A stretch of 64,000 bases of DNA from a virus (IMGVR_UViG_2609459800_000001), one strand, 5' to 3'. Positions 12,722 to 22,153 are shown, counted from the stretch's first letter. Translations and numbers: made by a program. The notes: generated by a model not told the origin, from the letters alone.

Positions 12722-13237
12722 ATGGCGTTAACACACCGCGAACTCTGTCAGATTGCGTACAAGTTCCTTAAGCGCAACGGGTTCAAGGTTTGTTTTCATG
12801 ACCGCTTTATAGCTGTAACCAGTACCGGAGAACAGCCAGATGCTATGGGATTCAGAAATTCAGCATCATGCCTGATAGAGGCGAAGTGTTCTCGTGCTGA
12901 CTTGTTAGCAGATAGAAAAAAGCGTTTCCGTAAAAATCCGTCTCTTGGAATGGGCGACTGGCGATTCTTTATTAGTGAGCCGGGAATTATTTCAATTGAG
13001 GATTTACCACCTGGCTGGGGATTACTTCACGTTGTTAACGGAAGAGTACGGAAAGTACATGGATGGCCCAAGGGGAATTGCTGTTGGGGTAACCCTGAAG
13101 ATAAACCTTTTATTGGGAATAAGCAGGTTGAATGCGATTACATGTTATCTGCATTAAGGCGCATGGAGTTGAGAGGGCACCTTAATGAAATATATGACGG
13201 TGTAATTGTTAATAAGAAAGAAGGAAACGCGGCATGA
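12722..13237 (+). CDS. hypothetical protein, possible PD-(D/E)xK nuclease fold
   Basis: ATG overlapping upstream stop; D...EAK-like motif (DAMGF...IEAKCSRAD). Confidence 0.45.
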   Translation: MALTHRELCQIAYKFLKRNGFKVCFHDRFIAVTSTGEQPDAMGFRNSASCLIEAKCSRADLLADRKKRFRKNPSLGMGDWRFFISEPGIISIEDLPPGWGLLHVVNGRVRKVHGWPKGNCCWGNPEDKPFIGNKQVECDYMLSALRRMELRGHLNEIYDGVIVNKKEGNAA

Positions 13238-13620
13238 TCACTATTACCAAAGAGCGACTGCTGACAATCAAGCAGTGGCGCGAAACATACGGACCTGGTA
13301 GCAACGTTGTACTGCCAGCAGAAGAAGCGGAAGAACTGGCACGAATTGCTCTGGCATCACTGGAAGCAAAACCAATAGGTGCATTCCACATTGCAGAACA
13401 GCAAGTTGACGGCACAAGTGACCACCTCAAGGATGGAGAATGGCCTATTGATAATGGAATTATTGAGGTCTACGCCACTCCCCCCGTTCCAGTAGTACCG
13501 GAAGAAAAACCAATGCCTAATCCTCTTAGCATGTACGCGGTCGATGCTGTTGCCGCTATTGCAGAGGTGAGAGGCTGGAACGCCTGCCGTGCCGCTATGC
13601 TTCAGGGGAAAGGAGAGTGA
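13234..13620 (+). CDS. hypothetical protein, short paralog of the 13830 gene
   Basis: Shares LASLEA and GWNACRAAMLQ motifs with ORF 13830-15029. Confidence 0.5.
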   Translation: MITITKERLLTIKQWRETYGPGSNVVLPAEEAEELARIALASLEAKPIGAFHIAEQQVDGTSDHLKDGEWPIDNGIIEVYATPPVPVVPEEKPMPNPLSMYAVDAVAAIAEVRGWNACRAAMLQGKGE

Positions 13621-13621
13621 T

Positions 13622-13819
13622 ATGGACAAAAACACACCTGCTTACTGGAGTTTATCACTTGATACTGAATGCCCAAAATGCGGCCACAATTTCGATCTGC
13701 TTTGTGATGCTGATTTCTGGGAATTTTCTGGAGCAAAACAGGCATGTGAAGAAATAAAAGGTTACGAAACATGCTGCCCAGAATGTAACCATGAATTTAA
13801 AACAGATTTTGTGTATTGA
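13622..13819 (+). CDS. zinc-ribbon protein (65 aa)
   Basis: CPKCG...CCPEC paired Cys motifs. Confidence 0.5.
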   Translation: MDKNTPAYWSLSLDTECPKCGHNFDLLCDADFWEFSGAKQACEEIKGYETCCPECNHEFKTDFVY

Positions 13820-13829
13820 GGCATAACGA

Positions 13830-15029
13830 ATGACCACTTTTACTAAAGAACAATTAATAGAGATAATTAAGCGCAATATAACGGTTATGGATCGTTATCC
13901 TGATTTAGTAACTGCACAAATGGATCTGGAAGTATACAAAATCGCGCTGGCATCACTGGAAGCAGAACCAGTTGCTTATATTTTCAAACATCCGGCCGGG
14001 AAATTATTCTGGGCTTTAACGGATGAAAGCAATAAAGAGCAACCGGACGTTATTCCTGTTTATGCTGACTCACCTGCGCCGGTTGTGCCGGATGAAATAG
14101 ACGTAAACGATGTACCAAGGGCGGTGACATATTTCAAGACACACAGAGATTGTTACGCAGATGGCTGGAACGCCTGCCGCGCCGCCATGCTTCAGTCCGG
14201 AAACTTTCGGGAAAACAAGAATTCGTCAACCAATAATTTTCGGGAAATCGCGGAAACGTCAACCAACTATCCGGTAATTCCTAGTGAGGTGTTGTCCGCA
14301 ATCCTGAAGGTTGCCAAGATTCGTGCCGATTTCGATGATTTTGACGGTGACAGGCGAGGTATCGGTGATTGTCTGGATGAGGCTGAGCAAGAGCTTATCG
14401 TTACCATTAACAAATATGCCAGTCAGTTGGCAGCAGAACCGATAGCGACTAATGACGTTCGAGAGCAAACAGCCGTTCCGCCAGTTCCTGTAATACAGGC
14501 TGATGTCGCGCAGGCAATTGAAAAACTCAAACGGAAATTAGTGGAATGCAATCGCTATAACTACTGTGCAGATGCAGTTAAAGGCGTAGAGGATGCCTGC
14601 CGTGCTGTTAGCTATAGCCAAGCCGACAATCAGCCAGCATCTGGCAACCAGGCTGCCGAATCCAATCGCGATAATGAGTGGACTGGCAATCCTGATATTG
14701 ATAACGCCATCATCATGCTCGACCGCATAGATACGCTGGAAAATTGCGATGATGACCGTATTGAGGCTGTTAAGGCTGTTTTGCGTAGACTGGCTGGCAA
14801 CTATCCGGTAACTCCGGATGGTTGGATAAGCTGTAGTGAGCGAATGCCGGATACCAAAACAGCCGTTCTTGTTGCCGTGGAGTTTGACAGGAAAGGTGAC
14901 TGGCGAATGAAATGGGCGACTTACATCCCGGGGCATCCTGACGCTAATGATGGGTGGATAATTCCTGGTGCGTCGTGGAAACCGTCACACTGGATGCCGC
15001 TACCAGAACCGCCGCAGGAGGCAAAATGA
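13830..15029 (+). CDS. DUF551-like domain protein (399 aa)
   Basis: C-terminal W...HWMPLPEPP motif typical of DUF551; N-terminus paralogous to 13234 ORF. Confidence 0.6.
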   Translation: MTTFTKEQLIEIIKRNITVMDRYPDLVTAQMDLEVYKIALASLEAEPVAYIFKHPAGKLFWALTDESNKEQPDVIPVYADSPAPVVPDEIDVNDVPRAVTYFKTHRDCYADGWNACRAAMLQSGNFRENKNSSTNNFREIAETSTNYPVIPSEVLSAILKVAKIRADFDDFDGDRRGIGDCLDEAEQELIVTINKYASQLAAEPIATNDVREQTAVPPVPVIQADVAQAIEKLKRKLVECNRYNYCADAVKGVEDACRAVSYSQADNQPASGNQAAESNRDNEWTGNPDIDNAIIMLDRIDTLENCDDDRIEAVKAVLRRLAGNYPVTPDGWISCSERMPDTKTAVLVAVEFDRKGDWRMKWATYIPGHPDANDGWIIPGASWKPSHWMPLPEPPQEAK

Positions 15030-15286
15030 TGGATGTCAAAGAGAAGATTTTGCAGGTGATGCGTTCCCGTGCAGCCCTGCAAGAGAAAGTTCTCGGCGGG
15101 GAATATCCATTCAGGATGGCAACCTGGAGTCTGCGGTTGGCAATGGAGAAGGAATTTCCTGATGAAGAATGGCGTTCGGCAGATTTGCGCAAAATTCTTA
15201 TGGAGATGGCTAAAGACGGAACAGTATCCAAAGATACCTATGCCAGCCGGATTGGTCAGGCGGTATGGAGACTGGAGGTGAGGTAA
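15026..15286 (+). CDS. hypothetical protein (86 aa)
   Basis: ATG overlapping upstream stop. Confidence 0.45.
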   Translation: MMDVKEKILQVMRSRAALQEKVLGGEYPFRMATWSLRLAMEKEFPDEEWRSADLRKILMEMAKDGTVSKDTYASRIGQAVWRLEVR

Positions 15287-15369
15287 TGAGCTGGCCTGAA
15301 GCATTCACCACGGTAGGAATCGCAATGGCGGTAGCACTGGTTTTGTATTCAATTTGTCGCTGGGGATAA
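15286..15369 (+). CDS. possible 27-aa hydrophobic peptide
   Basis: TAATG coupling to upstream gene; single predicted TM stretch. Confidence 0.25.
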   Translation: MSWPEAFTTVGIAMAVALVLYSICRWG

Positions 15370-15371
15370 CG

Positions 15372-15605
15372 ATGGGAAAAATAACTTTTGTAGTCGAATT
15401 TGAGGATGGCAAAGAGCCACCTGTTAGCGCCAATCTTGATGTTGCTGGTGGCAGGCTTGTTTCGGTTCTATTTGGTGACTACCGAGATGATTTCTTCCAA
15501 CCAGAAGAAGTTGATGTGGTGCGAGAGGCATTAAACGAGTTAAGTGTTGATAACGATGATGCTCATGCGGAAATCATCCAAAAAATGGAACTGCTAACTC
15601 ACTAA
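15372..15605 (+). CDS. small acidic hypothetical protein (77 aa)
   Basis: ORF. Confidence 0.45.
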   Translation: MGKITFVVEFEDGKEPPVSANLDVAGGRLVSVLFGDYRDDFFQPEEVDVVREALNELSVDNDDAHAEIIQKMELLTH

Positions 15606-15653
15606 ATTATCAATTATGGTGCTATCACCTACGACACCGAGAGAAAATTTATA

Positions 15654-15776
15654 ATGTCAAAAGTAAATGTTTTGATTTTTTCAGCAATTGTTGGCTTTGG
15701 TTTTACTGCCGGAGTGCAGATTTATATTACGTGGGGAAAAATCATCAACTACGCATGGAGTTGTTTTATTAAGTGA
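15654..15776 (+). CDS. possible 40-aa small membrane protein
   Basis: ATG 15654; hydrophobic core LIFSAIVGFGFTAGV; AT-rich. Confidence 0.3.
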   Translation: MSKVNVLIFSAIVGFGFTAGVQIYITWGKIINYAWSCFIK

Positions 15777-15783
15777 GGTAAGT

Positions 15784-16077
15784 ATGTGGAGAGGTAATAA
15801 TCATGGCAAAAGCCAGATGATACTTACCGAATATAAGCTAGACCACAAAACCAATAAATCACGCTCAGTATATTTGCTCCGGCACAATAGCCGTGTAAGA
15901 AATACCGTGTTGGAACAAAATCTGACAGTTGAAATGGATAATTACGGGGGATTCAAGCCAACAATTTCGCTTGATGATTTTCCTCGTGGTTTAAGCGAAA
16001 GAGAAGCAATGCTGAAATTAGCAGAATGGCTACAAAGATTAAGCATTGCTATTGAAGATAACTGGTCTGAACCTTAA
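15784..16077 (+). CDS. hypothetical protein (97 aa), AT-rich
   Basis: ATG 5 nt after GAGG. Confidence 0.45.
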   Translation: MWRGNNHGKSQMILTEYKLDHKTNKSRSVYLLRHNSRVRNTVLEQNLTVEMDNYGGFKPTISLDDFPRGLSEREAMLKLAEWLQRLSIAIEDNWSEP

Positions 16078-16083
16078 ATTAAT

Positions 16084-16458
16084 ATGATGACACTAAAACA
16101 TTTTCTTGACCGCCCATTATGGGCGGCAGCCGCAGGCTATGACTTTAATTATATGGATTGCATGTCTTATGCTGCCAATGCATACGACCATTCGTTCAGC
16201 CTGCTGTTTAATTCTTTAAGAATATTGCCGGAAACGGAAGTTGGAGAGCTTCATTTATGGATATTGGGCTTTATCGCGGCTGTCGTTGGTATTGCTGTAT
16301 GGCCTTTTATTTTCTGGCTGGTGGCTGTTGTAGTGTGGTTTAAGTGCAAGACATACCGGAGAAAGTATTTCTTAGGTGATGGAATGACTGATATTGCCAA
16401 AATGAACATTGAAAAATGGACTAAGGAATGTGAAAAGAAATGGCGCAAAAAGAAATGA
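16084..16458 (+). CDS. membrane protein (124 aa) with basic C-terminus
   Basis: TM segment ILGFIAAVVGIAVWPFIFWLVAVVVWF; AT-rich. Confidence 0.5.
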   Translation: MMTLKHFLDRPLWAAAAGYDFNYMDCMSYAANAYDHSFSLLFNSLRILPETEVGELHLWILGFIAAVVGIAVWPFIFWLVAVVVWFKCKTYRRKYFLGDGMTDIAKMNIEKWTKECEKKWRKKK

Positions 16459-17120
16459 CTACTCTAACGACAGCATACTTACAGCAATTGGTATTTTTTG
16501 CAGGGGAGGCTACTTGTCATCCTGACGCAAACTATTTATTGGAATTTGAGAGGTTAGCGTCACCCGGTATCGTTCTGGAACTGGCCCAACAGGTGCTGAC
16601 ATTGAGACAAAAAGAGCAACTTGGAAGTGATGCTTACAAGTTAGATTTTGAGCAATGGCTTGAACAGCAACGCGGGAAAATAGATGTGGACTGTGGTTGT
16701 GTGTCCACTGAAACATTCATGCACTGGCTGCGGGTAGCTTACGAGGCTGGCAACTATCCGGATATTCCGGATAGTTCGGTGCCAGCGCCAGGAAAGGGAG
16801 TCACCGGTGAACGTATCCGCATTAAGCCGCATGTTTATCGCGAACTGGTTAACCGCCTCCACGATACAGCGATCAAGTGTGCTGGCACCCAGCAATTACG
16901 AGAAAGAATTAGCCGTGTTTTGGGCGACGTTATTACGCCAGATCATCATAAACAAGCCGAGAAAAGTGACCTGGAAAGGTGTCACCTTGAGGCGGCATTA
17001 AACATTAAGCCGGGGCATACGCTTGGCATTATCGATGCTCTGTTGGTTCATAAGATGGCCAGGGCTTTATTGCCGCTGGTGGCTGATAAGCATGAGGCGG
17101 GCCATGCCAACGAAAGCTGA
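16440..17120 (+). CDS. hypothetical protein (226 aa)
   Basis: ORF. Confidence 0.5.
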   Translation: MAQKEMTTLTTAYLQQLVFFAGEATCHPDANYLLEFERLASPGIVLELAQQVLTLRQKEQLGSDAYKLDFEQWLEQQRGKIDVDCGCVSTETFMHWLRVAYEAGNYPDIPDSSVPAPGKGVTGERIRIKPHVYRELVNRLHDTAIKCAGTQQLRERISRVLGDVITPDHHKQAEKSDLERCHLEAALNIKPGHTLGIIDALLVHKMARALLPLVADKHEAGHANES

Positions 17121-17385
17121 GTTACAGGCGCGCATAGAGATTCTTGAAAAAGAGAATGCGAGTCTAAAAGGAATGCTGGCGCGGGCGGAAAGGGAATTAT
17201 CAGGCAAATTATTGCCAGAAGAACTGCCACCAGCAGATATACCAGATCGAGTGTCCCGGTGGATGAAGTCTTTTGGTTTGCCGTGGGAGGCTTTTTGGTG
17301 CTACGAGCATCGCAGATGGTGTGATGAACTTGATAGCAGTTTTCCCTACTTTGCGGAAGGGAATACTTGCCCTGAGTTGTATTAG
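17104..17385 (+). CDS. small coiled-coil protein (93 aa)
   Basis: ATG overlapping upstream gene end. Confidence 0.45.
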   Translation: MPTKAELQARIEILEKENASLKGMLARAERELSGKLLPEELPPADIPDRVSRWMKSFGLPWEAFWCYEHRRWCDELDSSFPYFAEGNTCPELY

Positions 17386-17403
17386 CTCAGATTTAACCTG
17401 ACA
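17381..17403. repeat. left 23-bp inverted repeat bounding the AT-rich cassette
   Basis: ATTAGCTCAGATTTAACCTGACA; reverse complement of 19556-19578 at 20/23. Confidence 0.45.
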
Positions 17404-17990
17404 CAGCTACGGCACAGTTCTAAACCTAATCTGACAGGCCGCTTTGTGCCAAAAGCGGGCATTGGGCGTTGTGGTAAATGCCTGATAATTTCTTCTTTTA
17501 CTAGCACAAGCCGCTGGATAATTGCCATGTTTCCAGCTTAAGTAAATCAAGAACAACTCGCGTACTGGCTGTATAAAGTTTGCCGGACGCAAATTTATTG
17601 ATTTCAGAAAAACCTGTTGAAATAGAGGTATATCAGCGTTAGTTTGATGTGAGTAAAGATCAGGAAAGAAGGTAGAAAAATGTTCCACTTGCGGGCAAAA
17701 AATCCTTCTATTAAATTGTTAAGGCTTTATGAAGATCGTACATTACGAATCGAATTCACCATGGGTAGGGAACATGAAATGTCCAAACCCTAAGTGCAGG
17801 AGGAATGACTCCTGCTTGATTCGGGATAGGTTGTACTCGCATGAAGTATGTATTGGCTCTAAACCCAAATACTGGTGGCGTTTGGTCACAAATACCTTAA
17901 CAAGTTTAGGTATGGGACGCTCCTAACGTCGCGCCCCTGCTAAAAGCGTTAGCTGTTCTCTAGCCTTCAACCAGATAAGGAAATAATCGT

Positions 17991-19421
17991 ATGAGTTCAG
18001 AATTGATTGCAAAACCTGGAACAGGGGTACTTTCCACAGATACAACAAAATTTGAAGGATATTTATCCTATCTTGGTTTGCCGACCGAAAATATAATTGC
18101 CTCTCTCCCTGAGCGCCAAATTATTGAAAAAAACCTCCCCACATTCATAGATTCTTTACCTGTTGAGGTAAAAAGAGATGCTCGATATTTATCAAAGTTC
18201 GTTGCTGGTGCGGCTATAGGACTATTTGATGCATCGTTAAATTATGTTTGGAATGAAGTTGTACTGAATTTAAGGGAAAAAGTAGTAGTTTATGGCCTCG
18301 ATATGTTCTTTGATGCTGCAGTTGGAGGAGGACGTAGAGAGCTTTATTCTACCGAAGAAGATCTTTCTGGTTTAAAAGACAACACCCTTATTAATACTTG
18401 CCGAAAACTTGAATTAATATCTGACGTTGTTTACACCAAGCTCAATCATATATTGACTATGAGGAATGACATTGGTGCTTCGCACCCAAATTCATACTCC
18501 ATAAATGCTTTTGAACTTCTTGGCTGGCTCCAAACATGCGTTCAAGATATTTTGAACGACAAACCGTCCGCGTCTGCCATACAAATAAAATCATTCCTTG
18601 AGAATCTAAAAAGATCCACTGATGTTCTTGATGAAGCCACAATTCATAGCATGGAAAGACCTTTGAATGATCTGTCGCTTCAGAATACAGACAATCTACT
18701 CAATAGTATTTTCGGCATATATACAGCTGACTCAACAGGAAATGTTGTCAGAAAAAATATCGCTCTTTTTGCTCCGCATATCTGGAATAAAAGCAGTGAT
18801 AACGTAAAATACAAGCTCGGTGTGACGCTAGACGGATACAAGAACAATCTTCACAACGAGAAACATGCTTTAGGTATTGAGTTTTTTACGTTTTGTGATG
18901 GTAATCGTTATCAATCATTAGACTCTAGAATTATATCACTGGACGGCCATGCCGACGATCTCTTAGAGGCTAGGTATGCTTGGGATAACTTTTATAATGA
19001 ACCCCCTCATATGCGGAAGATTCTTTCGTATTTAAAGACTGAAAATGACATACCTTTAGAGAGGGTTCATAAGCTTATAAAAACAGTTTTGATTTGCCGT
19101 GTTGGTAAAGGAATACCATATAATACTGGTGTTTCTCCGGCGGGACGACCTTTGTATGATCAGTTTTTTGGCATGCTTGGCGATCAAAACATTATCAATA
19201 CAGTTATAGCAATGCACTCTAATGAAGTGCGAGTGAATTTAGACAACAAATACTGCCAGCAACATATGGTAAGCGTTTTGACTTTGTTAAGAGCCAATGC
19301 TCGTAGCGAAAGAATTCAAGAAATTATAGATTTTTTGATCGCCAACCAAACGATTCTCCATAAAGTACACAACGATAAGAGATATAGAGATCTAACTAAA
19401 AATCACATCAGTTTTGGCTAA
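17991..19421 (+). CDS. 476-aa protein with Rx6H (HEPN-like) motif; candidate abortive-infection/defence effector
   Basis: R158-NDIGAS-H165; AT-rich coding; RBS AGGAAA upstream; ~600-bp ORF-free leader. Confidence 0.55.
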   Translation: MSSELIAKPGTGVLSTDTTKFEGYLSYLGLPTENIIASLPERQIIEKNLPTFIDSLPVEVKRDARYLSKFVAGAAIGLFDASLNYVWNEVVLNLREKVVVYGLDMFFDAAVGGGRRELYSTEEDLSGLKDNTLINTCRKLELISDVVYTKLNHILTMRNDIGASHPNSYSINAFELLGWLQTCVQDILNDKPSASAIQIKSFLENLKRSTDVLDEATIHSMERPLNDLSLQNTDNLLNSIFGIYTADSTGNVVRKNIALFAPHIWNKSSDNVKYKLGVTLDGYKNNLHNEKHALGIEFFTFCDGNRYQSLDSRIISLDGHADDLLEARYAWDNFYNEPPHMRKILSYLKTENDIPLERVHKLIKTVLICRVGKGIPYNTGVSPAGRPLYDQFFGMLGDQNIINTVIAMHSNEVRVNLDNKYCQQHMVSVLTLLRANARSERIQEIIDFLIANQTILHKVHNDKRYRDLTKNHISFG

Positions 19422-19555
19422 CAAAGCGCTGCACACGGACTAAATTAAGCTTCGCTCACTGGGGCGGGCGACAGCCCGTCCCTTAACCAAACGTTAATGT
19501 CCGCTTCTCGCTCAAAGCAGACTGTCAGATTTGATTGTGTGCTGCCAGTGAAAAC

Positions 19556-19578
19556 TGTCAGATCAAGTCTGAGCTAAT
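19556..19578. repeat. right 23-bp inverted repeat bounding the AT-rich cassette
   Basis: TGTCAGATCAAGTCTGAGCTAAT. Confidence 0.45.
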
Positions 19579-19603
19579 ACACCTGAGTGTAGGAGGTAGC
19601 GCG

Positions 19604-19864
19604 ATGTTTCGTCCTCGTCCAATACCGCCGAAACTAACTAATGGCTATCAGCCGAATACTCCAGAAATACAAGGGAGCGAGGGGCTTAAACCACCACCAG
19701 CACCACGTATTCCGCCTGTAGCAAGGAACGTATCATTACGACGAGAGTTAATATTAGCCTTGTCGCCCATTCTGGCTGCCCGCCAGGATTGGGTAAGTAA
19801 TGATGAACTGGCAGAAAAAATCACATCGCTGGTGGATAAAATTATGGATAAAGCTGATATCTGA
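19604..19864 (+). CDS. Pro-rich small protein (86 aa)
   Basis: ATG 6 nt after GGAGGT. Confidence 0.45.
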   Translation: MFRPRPIPPKLTNGYQPNTPEIQGSEGLKPPPAPRIPPVARNVSLRRELILALSPILAARQDWVSNDELAEKITSLVDKIMDKADI

Positions 19865-19876
19865 TCACCATGCTAA

Positions 19877-19905
19877 AATCCCCTCAATTCACAGAGGGGA
19901 TTTTT
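19877..19905 (+). terminator. hairpin (possible terminator)
   Basis: AATCCCCTC-aattcaca-GAGGGGATT then TTTTGT. Confidence 0.4.
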
Positions 19906-19909
19906 GTAT

Positions 19910-20176
19910 ATGTTGCATAGAGTTTTATGGAAATGCGGTATTGTCGGCGCGATGCTGGCTATATCTGGGTGTGCGATGGTGCAATACAATGACGGCGAAA
20001 AGGTAAGCATCCAGTCAGATGGCTGGTATGGACTGGATAGTCTGCAAAAAACCGCAGATAAAGCCTGTCAGCAATATGGGAAGTCTAAAGCTGTATATCA
20101 GCATAGCGCGAACGCTAACCCTCATCTTGCGCCCGGTTCGGGTGTTCAGAATACCATCTGGAAATGTGAGCCTTAA
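19910..20176 (+). CDS. lipoprotein (88 aa)
   Basis: Signal peptide with lipobox LAISGC. Confidence 0.55.
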   Translation: MLHRVLWKCGIVGAMLAISGCAMVQYNDGEKVSIQSDGWYGLDSLQKTADKACQQYGKSKAVYQHSANANPHLAPGSGVQNTIWKCEP

Positions 20177-20178
20177 AC

Positions 20179-20430
20179 ATGAGCGACTGGAATATTGCAG
20201 CTAAAAGTCAGGAAGAACGGGATAAGGTTAACGTTGATCTGGCTGCCAGCGGTGTGGCGTACAAAGAGCGATTGAACATACCTGTCATAGCGGAACAGGT
20301 GGTCCGCGAGCAACCGGAGAACCTGCGCACCTATTTCATGGAACGGCTACGGCACTACCGACAGTTAAGCCTCCAGTTGCCAAAAGGGAGCGATCCGGTG
20401 TATCAGAAAGAGGATGCGTCAAAAAAATAA
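20179..20430 (+). CDS. hot: DNA polymerase III theta-subunit homolog
   Basis: [33 protein letters not shown] aligns with E. coli HolE. Confidence 0.85.
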   Translation: MSDWNIAAKSQEERDKVNVDLAASGVAYKERLNIPVIAEQVVREQPENLRTYFMERLRHYRQLSLQLPKGSDPVYQKEDASKK

Positions 20431-20437
20431 CGGCAAG

Positions 20438-20806
20438 ATGGGTAAGGTTTTAAACATGCTTAACTATCATGACAATACGCGTTCTATGCAGGCAATCCGC
20501 ACCAATACAGCAGTGGTCGATAGCTTTCCTGTGCATACTCAAGGCCGTGAAGATACCGTGGAAGTGCGACGCATGTTGTGTCGCCGGTCACCAGGCCACC
20601 AGCACTTCATCGTAACGTTTAAAAGCGATGTAGAGCGCGCCGAGAAAATCTCTAACTCCACATCTTTGGTTAAGCCGTTGGCGGAGGTTATTGTGCGCAA
20701 CAATAAGGCGCGCTTTGTCCTTGAGGAGCATCATTCTGATTTTAATGAAAAAATTGAGTCAAGCATTTTGCAATATATGAATGGCAAGTTCACGCCACCA
20801 ATGTGA
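20438..20806 (+). CDS. hypothetical protein at the P1 lxr position
   Basis: ORF between hot and humD; start uncertain (20414/20438/20456). Confidence 0.5.
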   Translation: MGKVLNMLNYHDNTRSMQAIRTNTAVVDSFPVHTQGREDTVEVRRMLCRRSPGHQHFIVTFKSDVERAEKISNSTSLVKPLAEVIVRNNKARFVLEEHHSDFNEKIESSILQYMNGKFTPPM

Positions 20807-20867
20807 TTAGCCCCCAGCGTTGCGCGCCTACAAATCCCGCTTTCACAAACTATGCCTTTTCAATGTA

Positions 20868-20887
20868 TACTGTATGAATAAACAGTA
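20868..20887 (+). promoter_or_regulatory. LexA (SOS) box
   Basis: TACTGTATGAATAAACAGTA, 19 nt upstream of humD start. Confidence 0.7.
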
Positions 20888-20905
20888 TCATTGAGGTAAA
20901 ACGCT

Positions 20906-21295
20906 ATGGGCTTCCCTTCTCCTGCGGCGGATTATGTTGAAAGCCGAATTTCTCTTGATCAGCAACTAATCAGGCATCCATCAGCAACCTACTTCATGCG
21001 GGCAGCTGATAGCCATCACCGTGAGGGAATATTGCAGGGTGCTTTGCTGGTGGTTGATTCCTCGCTTACTCCGGTTGATGATTCTCTGCTTGTGTGCGCT
21101 ATGGAGGGTGAATATCGCATAAAGAGATACCGAAAGTATCCGCGCCAGCACTTGGAGGATTTAAGCACCGGGAAGAAAGAGGCGTTACCAGTAGATGACG
21201 ATGGTTACACGGGTAGTAATGCTGTTTTTGGTGTGATCACTCATGTCATCAATGATGCCAGAAGTGGGGAGTTTGATGATTGTCCGGTTATTTAA
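20906..21295 (+). CDS. humD: UmuD-prime homolog (translesion synthesis accessory)
   Basis: GFPSPAADYVE...HPSATYF matches UmuD core lacking the N-terminal cleavage segment. Confidence 0.85.
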   Translation: MGFPSPAADYVESRISLDQQLIRHPSATYFMRAADSHHREGILQGALLVVDSSLTPVDDSLLVCAMEGEYRIKRYRKYPRQHLEDLSTGKKEALPVDDDGYTGSNAVFGVITHVINDARSGEFDDCPVI

Positions 21296-21367
21296 GCTGC
21301 AAAGGGCTGGTGCTTTATGCCTGTGAAGTTTATAATTGTGTACACATAACGAGTACACGAGGTGTTT

Positions 21368-21589
21368 ATGCAATCCATTAACTTCCGTACCGCGCGTGGC
21401 AACCTTTCTGAAGTGCTCAACAATGTTGAAGCCGGGGAAGAGGTTGAAATCACCCGCAGAGGCCGTGAGCCAGCAGTAATTGTCAGCAAGGCTACTTTCG
21501 AAGCCTACAAAAAAGCGGCGCTGGATGCTGAATTTGCATCCCTGTTTGACACCCTGGACTCCACCAACAAGGAACTGGTTAACCGATAA
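21368..21589 (+). CDS. phd: Phd antitoxin
   Basis: [49 protein letters not shown] matches P1 Phd as recalled. Confidence 0.9.
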   Translation: MQSINFRTARGNLSEVLNNVEAGEEVEITRRGREPAVIVSKATFEAYKKAALDAEFASLFDTLDSTNKELVNR

Positions 21590-21969
21590 TGAGGCATATA
21601 TCACCGGAAGAACTTATTGCGCTTCATGATGCGAATATAAACCGCTACGGCGGCCTGCCGGGAATGTCAGATCCGGGTAGGGCAGAGGCCATTATCGGGA
21701 GAGTTCAGGCCAGAGTTGCCTACGAAGAGATCACCGACCTTTTCGAAGTCTCCGCAACCTACCTGGTGGCTACTGCGAGAGGGCATATATTCAATGATGC
21801 CAATAAGCGTACCGCGCTAAACAGTGCGCTGTTATTTCTACGCCGTAACGGGGTGCAGGTATTTGATTCACCTGAACTGGCAGACCTTACCGTAGGGGCT
21901 GCGACCGGAGAGATATCTGTATCTTCTGTCGCCGACACGTTACGTAGATTGTATGGTTCCGCGGAGTAG
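21589..21969 (+). CDS. doc: Doc toxin (Fic-fold kinase)
   Basis: 126 aa, overlapping phd stop; [11 protein letters not shown] Fic-type motif. Confidence 0.9.
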   Translation: MRHISPEELIALHDANINRYGGLPGMSDPGRAEAIIGRVQARVAYEEITDLFEVSATYLVATARGHIFNDANKRTALNSALLFLRRNGVQVFDSPELADLTVGAATGEISVSSVADTLRRLYGSAE

Positions 21970-21973
21970 ATTA

Positions 21974-22153
21974 ATGGCACGTAAATACAACAAATTGTCC
22001 CGTGAAGCGTTAAAGATGCTTCTTGATGGCGTGAGTCGCCGCGAGGTAAAGCAATACCTGGTTGGTAAGCAAATTGGTGCCAGGACAGCTATTGCTGTGT
22101 TATGCCGTCAGGAAATGGTTGTGCTTAAACAGAGAATGCCGGGCAGCAGATAA
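21974..22153 (+). CDS. small HTH-like protein (59 aa)
   Basis: ATG just after doc stop. Confidence 0.4.
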   Translation: MARKYNKLSREALKMLLDGVSRREVKQYLVGKQIGARTAIAVLCRQEMVVLKQRMPGSR

